DNA of 64,000 nucleotides from Lama guanicoe (GCA_013239625.1 MU053376.1:892833-956832); one strand, 5' to 3'; numbered from the stretch's first letter, positions 37,836-50,892 are shown. The notes: generated by a model from the letters alone, not told the origin. Numbers and translations: made by a program.

Positions 37836-39649
37836 CCAGGCCTGTCAGCAGGAGAGGCCACCCTGTCCAGCGTGTGCTGTGCTGCAGGGGGGTGGGGGCG
37901 GTGTTGAGGGGCTCCTGTCAGCTTATAATAAGTCATTTAGTCTCTGCCCTCAACTGGGCTCCAAACTCCTTTTCTCATCACCACCCATCTGAAAGCTGCC
38001 AAATCCTTCAATGCTCAAATCTCCATCGTCCAGGGAGAAGGAGAGGCAGGTTCAGGCCAGGAGCTGGGTATCCCAAGTGGAAGCACTTGGGTGGAGCGTG
38101 TCTTTCATTTTCCGGCTGGCTCCGTGCCGGGGTCCTCAGCCCAGCAAACCCCCCTGTGTGCTGGAGTTCAGCTCACAGCCTTCCAACCCCCAGCTGTCCC
38201 CCAGGCCCTTTGTCTCCTGGGCTCAGCAGTTCAGCCAGCTCCTTCTGGTGCCCCTGAACCCCAACCAGCCTACGAACCCCCATGTTCTCCCAGGACCGGC
38301 CCCAAGTGGTGACAGCCTGTGCCCGCCCGTGCCAGCCAGTGCCTGCAGCCCTGCGCCGGGGCAGCTGGCCGGGGCCAGGCCCGGCTGGCTCAGGGTTCAC
38401 GGGGCCAGCTCTGGGCCTGGCATAGCTCCACTCCAGCCTTGCTCCTGACAAAAGGGCCTCCTCCATCCTGGGCATTCTAGAATGTGTCACCGGGCAGATG
38501 GTATGGGGAGACGACTGGCCCATGCAGCTTGTGAGCACAGCCTCTGGCTGCATTCAGCTGGGAGTTAATGCCCTCTCCCCAGTGCTCAGCACAAGGCTTG
38601 GCACTTGGTGATAAGTAGTGCAATGGAGGTAGATGCACGGTAAGCTTGGGTGCCTTCAGGGAGACAGTAAGCTCCAACCTTCAACCCATGTGCTGTGTGT
38701 GTGTGTGTTGGGGGGGAGGATGTTCACACACAAAGCCTTGGCACACAGTGCGGCTCAGTGCACATCTGATTGGGCTGCCCCCCGAGGACAACACCCAGTG
38801 CTCCTGGACCCCAGCCCCTTCCCCACCATGTCTCCTCTGAGGCTGCTGGTCTCCGTCCTGGGTGGGCGGGCCCAGGGCCTTTGAGTCCAGAGGTGACTGA
38901 TAAAATTCTGGATTAAACTGAAGTTAGGATGAGCAGTGGGATTACGTTCTCCACGATGTATGCTAATCACCTATGGTAAAAGAGACAACGGATAACTCCG
39001 ACCGCTTCGGGGTGGTGGAAAATGGCCCCAGGTGCAGGGCTCCCGGTGGATCCTGGAGAAACAAGGCAAAACTGGGCCCTCACACCCTGTGCTGGGCAGG
39101 GGCACAGACACACACACACACACAGACCAGATACACCCATATACAGACACGTGCACACACACAGAGACACACAGACAGGATACACACAAACATCACGTAC
39201 ATGCGCACGCCCACCCCACTCCCTCCAGCACTGCTGGTGGGCGGCCCCAGACTCCTGTCCCCGAGTCTCCTGCCCCGGCCACAGGTCCCCGCCCCTCTGT
39301 CTCTGCTTTGCCCACTCCCCTCCCCCATCGCTGAGCTCCCAGGACTGGCAGGCAGACAAAAGTCAGGAAGCAAATGATGACTGAGTGCCGTCTCTGTGCC
39401 AGACTCTGGGAGGAGTCAGCCCTGCACCAAGGGGACATTTTCAGACTGTTCAGAGCTGTGGAGACTTGGAGGGAAGTCCAGCAGATAAAGCAAGTGGAGC
39501 TCTGGTTGAGGTGGGGAAGGAGTCCGGGGCCCCACCCTTTTTCCACGCCCCCATCTCCACCACTACCCTAAGGCAAGTCCGAATAGCCCCAAGACTTCCA
39601 CTGCAGGGCACTCCATACCTCGTCGAACACTCAGAACAGCTCTGTAAAT

Positions 39650-39780
39650 AAAGTGTTGTGATCCCCACTTTACAGATGAGAAAACTGAGGTTCCGTCAGG
39701 GGAGATAACTTGTCCAAGTTCCCAGTGTTGTTAGGAGATGAAACTAACGTCACCAACTCCTGTCCATCCATTCCAAAGCC
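39650..39780 (-). mobile_element. MIR
   Basis: ccactttacagatgagaaaactgagg...taacttgtccaag. Confidence 0.65.
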
Positions 39781-42223
39781 TGTGGTGGTTCCCAGTACCC
39801 CTGGTTCTCCCTGTCCTAAGAACAGCTCCCTGCACTCGTGCACCATCCGGGGCCCTGCTTCTAGACTCTCCCATGACTAAGCACTCTGCCAAGCCTAGCG
39901 AGAGGGAATGAATGAAGGTGTGTGTAGGAGAGAAGGAGTGTGTGAGAGAGAATGTGCGTGCGGGTGTGTGTAAAAGTGTATGAGAAGATGCGAGAGTAAG
40001 ACACAGAGTGTGTGTGTGTGTGTGCACGCGCGTGCATGCACGCCCTGGGGTTGCCCTTGGGGAGCACTGAAGACTGTGAGTATGTGAGTGTGTGACATGG
40101 AGACATATGATCATAGTTGTTCTCAAGCAGTTAAATGTGACACACAAGTGACACCCATTCTATGCCAGGCACTTTGCTACACAAGGTGATACCAGGATGA
40201 AAGAGACAGTCTCCCCCTTGGGGGGCTCACAACCTTCTGATGGGCACGCCTGTGCTGGCAGGGCACCAGGGTGCCATCAAGAACAGAGCTGAATTCTGTG
40301 TGTGGGGGGGTGCATCTTAGGGCTTCCTGGTTGGGGCGAGATGTGAAGGGGACCTTGAGGGTGCATGTGCCTGTCCCAGGAAGGGCACTACCTGGGAATG
40401 GAGTCGTGTGAGCCAAGGTCCTGAGACGGGGGTGCTGGGGGAGTGTCAGAAGAGCTGGAAGTGCTGAATTTCTGGGTCTAAGTCTGGAACTGAAAGTGGT
40501 AAGGATAGCGAGGGGCAGGTGGTGGTGGAGAGGACACAGGGAGGTATGAGGCTGAAGTTGGGACTGGAGAGGGACCGCCATCTGTTTAAATATCGCTCCC
40601 CTGACTCCCACGGGAACACCCAGCTTCTCAGCCTACATCCTCCCTGACAGGCCCTGGGCCACTGCTCCCCCTACCCTTTCCCCCACCAGCTCCTTGAGAT
40701 GCCAGCTGTGGTGACAATCAGTGTTGAGGTTCAAAAGGACTTGGAAGCCCTTTCTTTCCCAGGGAATAGGACCCGCAGTGAGACAGAGAGATCCTGAGCT
40801 CGCACTGGTCTTCAGACCCTGCACTGGCCCCAGTGGCAGACTCTTAGGTCCTCTGCAGCCTTAAGTCCCCTGCTGTCCCCACCTCCCCACTCCTATCCGG
40901 GGGACAGCATTCTCCGGCCCTTGGCCATCCTGCACTCTCTGGGAGCGTCGCAGTCTCAAAAGAGATCTTAGCACCCATTTTACAGATGGGGATGCCGAGA
41001 CACAGAGATGGAATGGGTCTTGGAGCTGGTTAGTGGAGGTGCCCCCAGCCAGGCTCTCTCTTTCATCCTTAGACTCCCTCCTTCTGCTCTTAGGATTCTG
41101 CAAAGCAGGTAGCCAGACAGAGAAGCAGAATCTGCAGCAGGGTTATCTGGCTCCCTGTGGCTGCTCCGACAGGATCCCATAGGAGTCCAGTGACACACAC
41201 TCACCCTGATAACCAAAAAGCAGGCCCTAAGAGTCCACACTCCCCTCGCCCCAAACTGAGTATGTCTTCCCGGAGATGAGGAGTAGGTAGAAGGCTGGCC
41301 CTGCCCTCTCCCCACCCAGGAAGAGGCCCCAATCTCTCAAGCTGATGGAGGGGGGCTCTGACTTGCTCTCGGTGCCCTCCCAGGGAGTAGATTCTCCAGA
41401 GCTCCAAGATTTAACCAAGTCTCTGCTCATGTCAGCAAGAGGGAGGCTCCTTTGGGAACTGGGTTAACTTTTTTAGCCCAGAAAGCCATCTGGACCCATT
41501 AGGCCGTCTGGTTGGGGAGCCTTGCTAAGTGGACCAAGGTTATGGGTCCATCACGCCCAGTACGTAAGTGCCTTACCTGGTGTCCTGGTGAAAGGGTGTG
41601 GTGAATCAGTGAAACTCGCCTTCACTGCTTAAAAAACAAGGCTGGTCCCCAGAGACTTGACGCAGCTTCCAGAGGGGCTTATGACCCCCCTACCCAGGCA
41701 GCCGTCGGGGAGGGGCAGGAGAGAGTGGGCCCCAATTGCTAGGAGATGTTACTAGTGCCCCAGATCCAGGCAGAGGACCCGCCCTCTTCCGGCCCTATGC
41801 TGAGAGCTGTTACCTGGTGAGCAGGCCGCGGCTTCTTGCCTCCCAATTACTCACTGCTTCTATTTCCTGAGCAACACCCTGCTGGCTGCAGGGGAGGTGG
41901 GGTGGGGGTGCCGGGCAGAGCCAGACTCCCAGGGGGCCAGCAGGAGGCACTCAGCCCTGGAAAGAGCTCCTTGGTAATAGCCAAGCCCCTTCCCCTGGGG
42001 TCCTGGGGAGGGTGAGGGCGATTCCGGCCTCTTCCTGGGCTGAGGTAAAAGCATCACTGGCCCAGATGTGCCTGGAGCTGGGAGGGGCGCTCCTCGGCTC
42101 AGAGACCTGCCCCTGTCTTTCTGCCTTTCTAGGTCCTTCTCAGCCTCCAGCCAGACTCTCCCTGTGCTGAGCTGAGGCTCCTCTCCGCCCCTCTGCTCCC
42201 CACCTCGGCCTGGAACGCCCACT

Positions 42224-42293
42224 ATGGGGACACCCGCCCGGAGGCAGTCACACTTGCTAATGCTGGTCGCTGTGGCCCTTGTCTCCACTCCAG
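42224..42293 (+). CDS. CNTN2: Contactin-2 exon 2 coding part (signal peptide); exon begins at 42133
   Basis: ttctag| acceptor at 42132, Kozak actATGG, MGTPARRQSHLLMLVAVALVSTP, donor |gtaaga. Confidence 0.95.
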
Positions 42294-42648
42294 GTAAGAA
42301 GGTTTGTCTGGGCTCTAAAGCCTCACAGGGCTGATTACGGCATTCTATCATTGCTGTTACGTTCGTGAGGGCTATGGCAACAATTGACTCTGCATTGGTC
42401 TAGCATTTCACGTTGAAGCCATTTCCTTGTAAAATTTTCCTGTTTGTGGATCTTACTTTTCCTTTGAGGTTAGGAGGAGAGGAAATGGGTCTTTGCCATA
42501 GTGTAGATTTTTTTCAAATAAAAAGCATGATCCAGAGAAGGTGAGTGGCTTGCTCTGGGTCACACAGCAAGACTGTGGCACAATATCTCCACGCTATCAG
42601 CCCGGATTTGCAGACTCCTAAAACCGCAAGATTAAATTTAAATTTATT

Positions 42649-42747
42649 GGGAGTGGGTATAGTTCAATGGTTGAATGTGTGCTTAGCATGCACAAGGTCC
42701 TGTACCCTAGTACCTCTATTTCAAAAAAAGAAGGGGAAAAAAATTAA
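42649..42747 (+). mobile_element. tRNA-Ala-derived SINE, diverged copy with B-box region deleted
   Basis: gggtatagttcaatggttgaatgtgtgcttagcatgcacaaggtcctg...agtacctc plus A-rich tail. Confidence 0.8.
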
Positions 42748-42767
42748 AGTGATATTAATACTTATTA

Positions 42768-42865
42768 GGGGGCAGGGGGTAATAGCTCAGTGGTGGAGCA
42801 CGTTTAGCATGCACGAGGTCCTAGATTCAATCTCCAGTACCTCCATTAAAAAATGAATAAATAAA
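42768..42865 (+). mobile_element. tRNA-Ala-derived SINE (camelid vic-1-like)
   Basis: tagctcagtggtggagcacgtttagcatgcacgaggtcctagattcaatctccagtacctcca followed by ttaaaaaatgaataaataaaa. Confidence 0.85.
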
Positions 42866-42884
42866 ATGGATTATTTGGGGTTTA

Positions 42885-43007
42885 AAAAATAACATAAAAT
42901 TAGTTCCTTAGTTGCACTGGCCACATTTCAAGGGCTTATAACCATATGGGGTAGCACAGATTATAAAATATTTCCATCATCACAGAAACTTCTGTTGGAC
43001 AGCACAG
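42885..43007. mobile_element. MER3/MER33-like hAT fragment
   Basis: agttccttagttgcactggccacatttcaag...atttccatcatcacagaaacttctgttggacagcac. Confidence 0.7.
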
Positions 43008-44429
43008 CTGTGGAGTTCCCTGACCGCACAACTCTGGGAGGGTTCCTCAGGGCAGCGCTGAGGCCTGGCAGATGGACCAGGTGTAGAACAGGATGTGGGA
43101 AGAGATGAGGCAGAGCAGGGGGTGGCCCAGGAAAAAGGCAAGAGGGACTCAAAGATTCTCCTGCCAAGGGTGCTGCGAGGTGGGAGGAGGGAGGAGGAGG
43201 GCTGGCAGAAGGAAAAGGAGGACACGGAAAAGGCAGCAGTGCAGGCGGAGAGGCCCGGGCTGGCTGGGCTCGGGGAGAGCACCGGGGAGGAGGTGCGGGA
43301 GTCCCAGCCTGTCTCAGGGCTGGGGGGTTGTCCCTCGGAGGGGCCTGCTGGGACGACTGCTTGGCCTCTCGGTCCTGACCTCCAGCCCAGATCCATAGAC
43401 TTTTCTTTTCTCCACGAGAGAAAGAATCCCCACCCTCTGCTGTCCTGGAGTCCTGGCCACCCCACTCCCCACACCCCGCCAGGCTGCAGCCAGCAGATTT
43501 TCAACTCTTCGTCTCACCAGGGAAGGACTCACTGGCACACTTTCAGTTATTCTCATTAAGCCTTAACTGCCTCCCAGTCCTGTACCCAAAGCAGTGAGGC
43601 TGCTGGGAAACAGGGCTGCCCCAGACAGTGGGGAGACTCTCCCAGCACCCCCTGCCCCAGGCCGCGCTCCCTATGCCAGGGCCCCCCAGGCCCAGATGAG
43701 CTGTGGGATGGGGAGCCCAGACTGCATGGGACTGCATGGAACAGAAGATACCCGCCCCAGCGAGAGTGGAGGAGAGGCGCGTGGGCTCCTCAACCCTCCC
43801 CACCCTCAGGAACAACAGTGCTGGGACCCCACCATCAGAGGCAAGCAGTACAGGCAGCCTCCAGGGTCCTTAGACCCAGAGAGGCAGGAAGGCCGAGAGA
43901 GACGAGACCTGGTCTGCCACCTCCAAGAGCTGCAGAGACAGGAGTGGAACATCTCGTCACTGTTCCCACCCCCTAGGAAGGGGCCTCAGTTCTTGGCTGT
44001 CTTTGCTCACCCACCCAGGGACGCGGCTTTGGACTCCTGCAGCCCAGTGCAAGGAAAGGCAGCACGGATTCCCCTCCACGCTCTCATGTCCCCAGTCCCC
44101 TTCCTCTGTAAGGTCCTGATGCCTGTGTTTGGGGCCGCAGAGTTGCCAGGACAGGGTATCAGGAGAGAATCAGAGAGGATGTCAAACAAGGTCAGCATAC
44201 AGTGGGAGGCTTTGCCTGGGAGTGGGTGTGTCTGTGTGTGTGTGTGTGAGTGCATGTGTAGGTGGATGTGTGTGTAGCTTCAGAGGGAGCTGTAGGGTGA
44301 GAGTGTGTCTGTGGATGTTTGAGAGGGTGGAGATGTGAGTGAGTTACTGCATGGAGGGTGTGCTACGTTTGTGGCGGATGAAGAGTGTGGACAGAAGGCC
44401 TTACAGCGCAGTGCCATGGCTCTCCACCC

Positions 44430-44570
44430 CAGCTGCCCTTCAGAACGCCCAGGAGGACCTTTCAAAGTCTAGATTCCTGGGTCTCACTCCTAGAGATTCT
44501 GATTCAGTACCTCTGGGACGGAGCAGCATCTCTGATGGTTCTGATGGGAAACAGAGGTCAAGAACCCCGA
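44430..44570. mobile_element. MER5-like fragment
   Basis: agattcctgggtctcactcctagagattctgattcagta...tggttctgatg. Confidence 0.55.
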
Positions 44571-46589
44571 GCACCGTGGTTCAGGACCCCGGCTATGGGG
44601 GCGAGGCTGGCCAGGGTCCGGATGCCTACATCTGCTCCTTCTTGCTGAGTGATTTGGGGCAAGTTATTTCTAAGTGTCCGTTTTCACATTAGCCAGATGA
44701 GAAACGGCAGTACCTATCTTCTCCAGAGGTTATGAGGAGGAAATACGGAGTGTGGTGTCTGATGAAGAGGAAGCACTTAATAAACAGCACCTATGTTAAT
44801 TAGTATGCATGCAGGGACATGTATAAATAAGTGCACAGGGGCATCTGTAGCCGCATGTGCTCGGGAGTGGGGTGCATCTATAAATGTGCGTATCTGGCTG
44901 CTGGAGTAGCTTAAAGCAGTGTGCGTGATATATGCGTGTGTGAATGCGTGTGTGTACAGGGAGGTGTGGAAAGTGTGCATATGTGGTTATTGGGGTGAGG
45001 GGGTGTGTACAGCTGAGTGCAAGGGAGAAAGCTTTTTCAAGAAGAAAGCCTATCTTAAAGCATCACTCTGCCCTGGGCCCACTCAGCCACCCCCACCCCC
45101 ACCTCACCACCGTCCAGACAGAGTTACTGGAAGCTGCTATTATGCGAGGTTGTTCCCAGCAGCCTGGCCGCCTCCGCTGCCCCTCCTTCCCCTTCCCTCC
45201 CAGCAGTCCCATCTGGGGCAGGGTCCCTACCCTCCACCACCATCATTAACTTGGGATTAAGCTGGGCTCTCCAGCCGAGATGATGCCGCCCGCCGCCATC
45301 TCCGAAGCCTGGGGCGGCAGTGAGGGCGAATGATGGGTGGTGGGGGGGGGCGTGGGGGATGCCATTTCAGGGAGTCCTGCCTCCTTCCTCATTCTGAGAG
45401 CTGCTTAACAGCTGCCCTCACTCCCAGGGGTCCAGGGCTGGGCCTCAGCTGTGGCATGGGGCCCATCCCTGCCCCTGGGAGAGGGCTGACAGCTGGATGC
45501 CCCGGGAGAGGAGGCACTAATTGGTTAATGGGGACCCCACCCCCCAACCCACCAAGGAGCACCTGAAATCAGCTGCACTGAGGGGTAGGAGCCAATTAGG
45601 GGTGGCCGGGCTCCTGCCTGACACCACAAAGGCTGACTATGCCCAGCCCCACCGGTCAGCAGACAGAGCCAGCTCTCCACCCCTTTGGACAGGCAGGTGT
45701 GAAGCACTGCCCTCTGGGCCTCAGGGCCCCCCGCCCCAGTGAGGCCAGACAGCGGTGCATGAGGAGCAAGGCCTCAGGAAGGAGCTAGGCATGAGAACTC
45801 CATCTGCACATGGGATCTCCATTCACTCAGCAAATTCAGGAGCCCAAGGTCTAGACCTGTGTGCACCACAGACCTGCCCTGTGGCAATGGGCAAGCCGTT
45901 CTCTTTTCTGCGCCTCTCTTTCTGGAAGAAGAAATGCCCCACACCACACTGAAATTTTATAAGAATGCCCCCAAAGCCACCTGTAGGCCGCCCACCCACC
46001 AATGAGCCTTCCTTCTTCCCCTGACCCTCAGCCCACCCCTCACTTGGGGCCAGCAGACAGTGGCTGAGCGCACACATTGTGCCAGGCTGAACCCTCCTAC
46101 GGACCCTAGGAGGTGAGTTCGTCTTCTTTCCATTTCGCAGGTGAAGAGGCTGAGGCTCAGAAGGGTTCTCTGACAGCTAATAAGAGGCCCAGAGCCACAG
46201 CATGTTGTCCTGGGACACACTCCCCAACAGGGGCACTAGGCTCCAGGGCCCCACATCCTCTCCCCCACCTTTCTAGCCGGTGACTTCCATGCACCATTCA
46301 AGTCCCATCTCACACCCTGCCGATCAGCTCCTCTGCGAGGCTTTCTGACTTCCACCCTGAGGGCCTCCTGCACTTGAACTTAAACTATTACGGCTCTCCC
46401 CTCCTTCTTTTGTCAGTTTTCTGTCTCCCTCCCTGGACTACAAGTTCCTTGAGGAGGAGAGAGTGTGTCTTATTCATTTTTGCTTTAGCTCAGTGCCAGG
46501 TATACAGCAGGTACTGAGCACTTGAGTGTAGGATGGGTGATTGACTGAACTAACTTGACTAGACGGGGTCTGCTCAACCTATTGAAATT

Positions 46590-46745
46590 CAAATTTTAAT
46601 TAACTAAAATGAAATAAGGTGAAAAATCTGATTCCTCAGCCGTACTAGCCACATTTTGTGGGCACAATAGCTAGTGTACTGTATTGGACAGTGTGAAAAA
46701 TGGAACCTTTCCAGCACTGCAGGAAGTTCTATTGGGCAGCACTGC
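46590..46745. mobile_element. MER3/MER33-like hAT fragment
   Basis: ttcctcagccgtactagccacattt...tattggacagtg...aagttctattgggcagcactg. Confidence 0.7.
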
Positions 46746-46810
46746 ACTGGAGGCCAGGCTCCAGCTGGCCCATAGGCCCTGAGACCTCTGGTGGTGTCCC
46801 CCATCTTCAG

Positions 46811-46955
46811 CTTGGAGCTCCGCCCAGGGATCCCCGGCCACCTTTGGGCCTGTCTTTGAAGACCAGCCCCTCGGCCTGCTATTCCCAGAGGAGTCCACAG
46901 AGGAGAAGGTGACACTGGCCTGCCGCGCCCGGGCCAGCCCTCCAGCCACCTATAG
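46811..46955 (+). CDS. CNTN2: Contactin-2 exon 3 (Ig1)
   Basis: cag|...|gtgaga; [49 protein letters not shown]. Confidence 0.96.
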
Positions 46956-47039
46956 GTGAGACCCCTGCAGTGGGTGCTGGGAGGCCCTGGGCCGCCAGGC
47001 ACTTTTTCCTCACGTCAGCCTCCTCTGCCCTCACTGCAG

Positions 47040-47215
47040 GTGGAAGATGAATGGCACAGAGATGAAGCTGGAGCCAGGTTCCCGTCACCAGCTGGTCGGG
47101 GGCAACCTGGTCATCATGAACCCTACCAAGGCCCAGGATGCCGGCGTCTACCAGTGCCTGGCTTCCAACCCAGTGGGCACCGTTGTCAGCAGGGAGGCTG
47201 TCCTCCGCTTCGGCT
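47040..47215 (+). CDS. CNTN2: Contactin-2 exon 4 (Ig1)
   Basis: cag|...|gtgaga; [58 protein letters not shown]. Confidence 0.97.
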
Positions 47216-47376
47216 GTGAGACCCCCCGGGCTGCTGGGACACTTTGAGCGTGGGGAAGAGGGGCTGGAAAAAGTATCCAGAAAGGACGGGTGACAACTTC
47301 CCCATGGGGGCTGAGCTGGGGAGGGGCCCCAGGCTTGGAGCACAGCGCCTGAAGGCCCGGTCTCCACCATCCCCAG

Positions 47377-47472
47377 TTCTGCAGGAATTCTCCAAGGAGG
47401 AGCGAGACCCAGTGAAAACCCACGAAGGTTGGGGGGTGATGCTGCCCTGTAACCCGCCTGCCCACTACCCAG
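47377..47472 (+). CDS. CNTN2: Contactin-2 exon 5 (Ig2)
   Basis: cag|...|gtgagt; [32 protein letters not shown]. Confidence 0.96.
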
Positions 47473-47889
47473 GTGAGTCGGCCCCTGGGCCGCAGTGAGA
47501 CGGAGGGCACGGGAGGGGTTCCAGCTGCCCATCAGAAGAGGGATGGAATAAGGTGGTGAGTGACCCTGGGAAGCACAGACCCCTGGGGTCCCCAGCTCTA
47601 AAGGATTCTGTGTTTCCTCTATGGTCTGTCATCCTCTAACTCCACGCCCTTCCCACCCCTCCCCCCACTCAGACTGGAAGGTCCCCGAGGGCAGGGGCTG
47701 CTTCCCCAGCGGACAGCACCCCCGACAGCAGGAATCAAGTCTCGTCTCCCCTCTTGGTCTCCCCTCAGCCTCAGTTCAGAGCACGGGGCTCACAGGACAG
47801 GGTCTAGGGATTCCCAGCAGCACACTGGGGTCCCTCCCAGAGTTGCTCCATTAGCCCAGCACCTCATTTCCTCAAACTCCCCACCCCAG

Positions 47890-48099
47890 GCTTGTCCTAC
47901 CGCTGGCTCCTCAACGAGTTCCCCAACTTCATCCCGACGGACGGGCGTCACTTCGTGTCCCAGACCACAGGGAACCTGTACATCGCCCGGACCAACGCCT
48001 CGGACCTGGGCAACTACTCCTGCCTGGCCACCAGCCACATGGACTTCTCCACCAAGAGCGTCTTCAGCAAGTTTGCCCAGCTCAACCTGGCTGCGGAAG
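47890..48099 (+). CDS. CNTN2: Contactin-2 exon 6 (Ig2)
   Basis: cag|...|gtcagg; [70 protein letters not shown]. Confidence 0.97.
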
Positions 48100-48371
48100 G
48101 TCAGGGGAGCAGGGGCGCTGAAGGGGTCTGAGGGTGTTGTGAAAGGGGTTTTTCCCTTGGAAGTTGTGGAGAGCAGCTCACAGGGCACAAGGTCGGGGCC
48201 TGGGCCCCCGGGGTCCTCCGGCTGCACGGCCTTAGACCCTTGCCCCAGGCCCCCTAGGGGAAAGGGAGTCAAGAAAGAGTGGGCCCTGAGTTGTGCTGAG
48301 ATGGTAAGCAGAGGAGCACTTGGCCTGGGTCATGTGCATCTGATGCGCAAACTCCCTCTCTCTCTCCCCAG

Positions 48372-48471
48372 ACACCAGGCTCTTTGCACCCAGCATCAAG
48401 GCCCGGTTCCCAGCAGAGACCTACGCGCTGGTGGGGCAGCAGGTCACCCTAGAGTGCTTCGCCTTCGGGAA
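48372..48471 (+). CDS. CNTN2: Contactin-2 exon 7 (Ig3)
   Basis: cag|...|gtgagt; [34 protein letters not shown]. Confidence 0.96.
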
Positions 48472-48950
48472 GTGAGTGGTGGAAGAGGGAGGGGGCAGGC
48501 CAGGGCCCAGCCTCTCAGAGCCCCTCAGGGGCCTGGGTGACCTCAGGGGGAGGGCAGGCAGGGCCAGCGCTCAGTCATCCGGGTGCCCTTGGGCCAGAGC
48601 ACCAGACCCACAGTGGGTAGCGACCACCGCTCACTGGGCAGGGTGGGGACAGAGAGGGCAAGGTGGCTTCAGGGCACAGACCACACACAGCTTTGGCGGC
48701 ACGATTGTTGCTGGGGAGAGGAGTGGGCAGGGGAGCCCACTTCTTGCCCCTTCCCTGCCTGTGCTCTGAGCCTGCCCGGGAGAGGCCCCTCCCTGCCTCC
48801 TTGCTGCTGTCCCTGTTTCTTCCCAGGCCCTCCTCCCGGTCACCACCTGCCCAGCATCTCAGGAAGGCCTGGGTTGGGTGCAAGGAGCTTCAGGTACACG
48901 GGAGTCTGCCAAGCTCAGCCCTCCTCCTCTGGCTTTGTGTCCCCTGCCAG

Positions 48951-49126
48951 CCCCGTCCCCAGGATCAAGTGGCGCAAAGTGGACGGCTCCCTGTCCCCGC
49001 AGTGGGCCACAGCCGAGCCCACCCTGCAGATCCCCAGCGTGGGCTTCGAGGACGAAGGCACCTACGAGTGTGAGGCGGAGAACTCCAAGGGCCGTGACAC
49101 CGTTCAGGGCCGCATCATCGTGCAGG
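48951..49126 (+). CDS. CNTN2: Contactin-2 exon 8 (Ig3)
   Basis: cag|...|gtacag; [58 protein letters not shown]. Confidence 0.96.
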
Positions 49127-49531
49127 GTACAGAGCCGGGACACCCTCGCCCCGCCTTCCCTGGTCCTTGAGGAAGCAGACCCAAAAGTCAGGGAGGAGAC
49201 TGGGCGGCCCCTTGCTTAAGCCTTCCTGCGCACGGATGGCGCTGGGCATGGGAACAGAAGACGGCAGTGCTGTGGCCAGCTCAGAGCTCATTAAGGGCTG
49301 CAGAAAGCACATGGAAAGCATTAGAAGGACTTAAGTCGCTAAAACAGCTACTGGCACAGCCACAAAGTGCCAGCTTTCTTGAGCCTCTTCGCCCCACGCT
49401 TCATCCCAGAGTGCTGTTGGCGCCCTCTGATGTCTGGCACAGGGACTGCAGCCCCGCTATTCCCGACGAGTTAATTAGCTGGAGGCTCCTCCAAGCTCAT
49501 CTCCAGCCTCTTTCTCTCTTGCTCCCCACAG

Positions 49532-49668
49532 CTCAGCCTGAGTGGCTCAAGGTGATCTCAGACATGGAGGCTGACATAGGTTCCAACCTGCATTGGGGCT
49601 GCGCAGCCGCTGGCAAGCCTCGGCCCACAGTGCGCTGGCTGCGGAACGGGGAGCCTCTGGCCTCCCAG
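49532..49668 (+). CDS. CNTN2: Contactin-2 exon 9 (Ig4)
   Basis: cag|...|gtagga; [46 protein letters not shown]. Confidence 0.96.
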
Positions 49669-50164
49669 GTAGGAGACGTGGGACTTCCTCCCACACACCC
49701 AGCACACCATCCTCTGCTCACCTGCTTCCCTTACCCTCCTAGACCTCCTTCCCCCACCCCCCACACCACTGGCATATCCTCTGGGCCTATTAGGATGCTA
49801 TAGGATGGTTCTAGGTGCTTCTCGCCATCCCAGAGTAACATGGCTTCAGGCTGGTCAACTGGATAGAGTCCTGACTGAGGATCCAGGGACCTCAGTCCAG
49901 GCACAACTCAGCCACAAAAATATTATGTGGTCCTGAGTGGATCACTCACCCCTCTGGCTTCAGTGCGCTGATGTGCAGAGAGGCCTGGGGAATCTCTGAG
50001 TCCTGGGATTCCAGGCTGCCCTGAGCTAGAACTGGGCATATGAGCCCCATCCTGGAGGGAACGGCAGCCCAGCCTCCACTGCACTCGCTCCGTCAGCCCC
50101 CCGCCCTGGTCCTCCTGTGGTCCTGATCCCCCTGCCCCGCCCTGGGTCGGGCTCTTCTGCACAG

Positions 50165-50294
50165 TCCCGGATAGAAGTGCTGGCCGGGGACCTGCGGTTG
50201 TCCAAGCTGAGCCTGGAGGACTCGGGCATGTACCAGTGTGTGGCGGAGAACAAGCATGGCACCATCTATGCCAGTGCCGAGCTGGCCGTGCAAG
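50165..50294 (+). CDS. CNTN2: Contactin-2 exon 10 (Ig4)
   Basis: cag|...|gtaaag; [43 protein letters not shown]. Confidence 0.96.
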
Positions 50295-50892
50295 GTAAAG
50301 GGCCCAGGGCGGCAGAGGATGGCCCTGGGGACACAAAGGTGGTGGCCTTAGGAGTTCTGAGTTGCAGCTTCTCTAAACACACACACTTACCTGCCAGTTT
50401 TTCTTAGTCTTCCGACAGCTTCTGAGTAGAACTCGGATTTAAGACAGGAGATGAGACACTAGACAGAGAACCCCTAGAGGACGGGGTCTCTGGTTGTCCC
50501 ATGTCTGAAATGAATGAAGTGACTGTTTACTATGGCAAAAAAAAAAAGGAGGGGGCAAAAGTCACTGGCAGCCAAATCAGTTAGATTTGGGTTTAACGCA
50601 GCCCCTTTGGCTATGTGACCTTTAGCAAGTTACTACTCTCTTTGTGACTCAGTTTCTTGATTAATAAAATGTGGGCAGGGCAGTGATCAGCACACAGTTG
50701 CAGTGAGGATGAAAGGAGATGGTAGAACTAAAGCACAGAGGACCTGCCTGTCATGTAACAGGTGCCCAGTAATGTCAGCGGGTGCCAGCATCCGTAGCTG
50801 TGTGACTTGCACTTGTAAAACCTATTTTTCTCATCTGTAAAATGGACACAATGATACCTTCTTCATCAAGCTGTAGTTAGGCTTAACTAAGA

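Noticed and set aside
42768..42846. tRNA-Ala-like sequences as true tRNA genes (also 55640-55720)
   Set aside because: A-rich tails, a TSD, broken stems and multiple diverged copies indicate SINEs.
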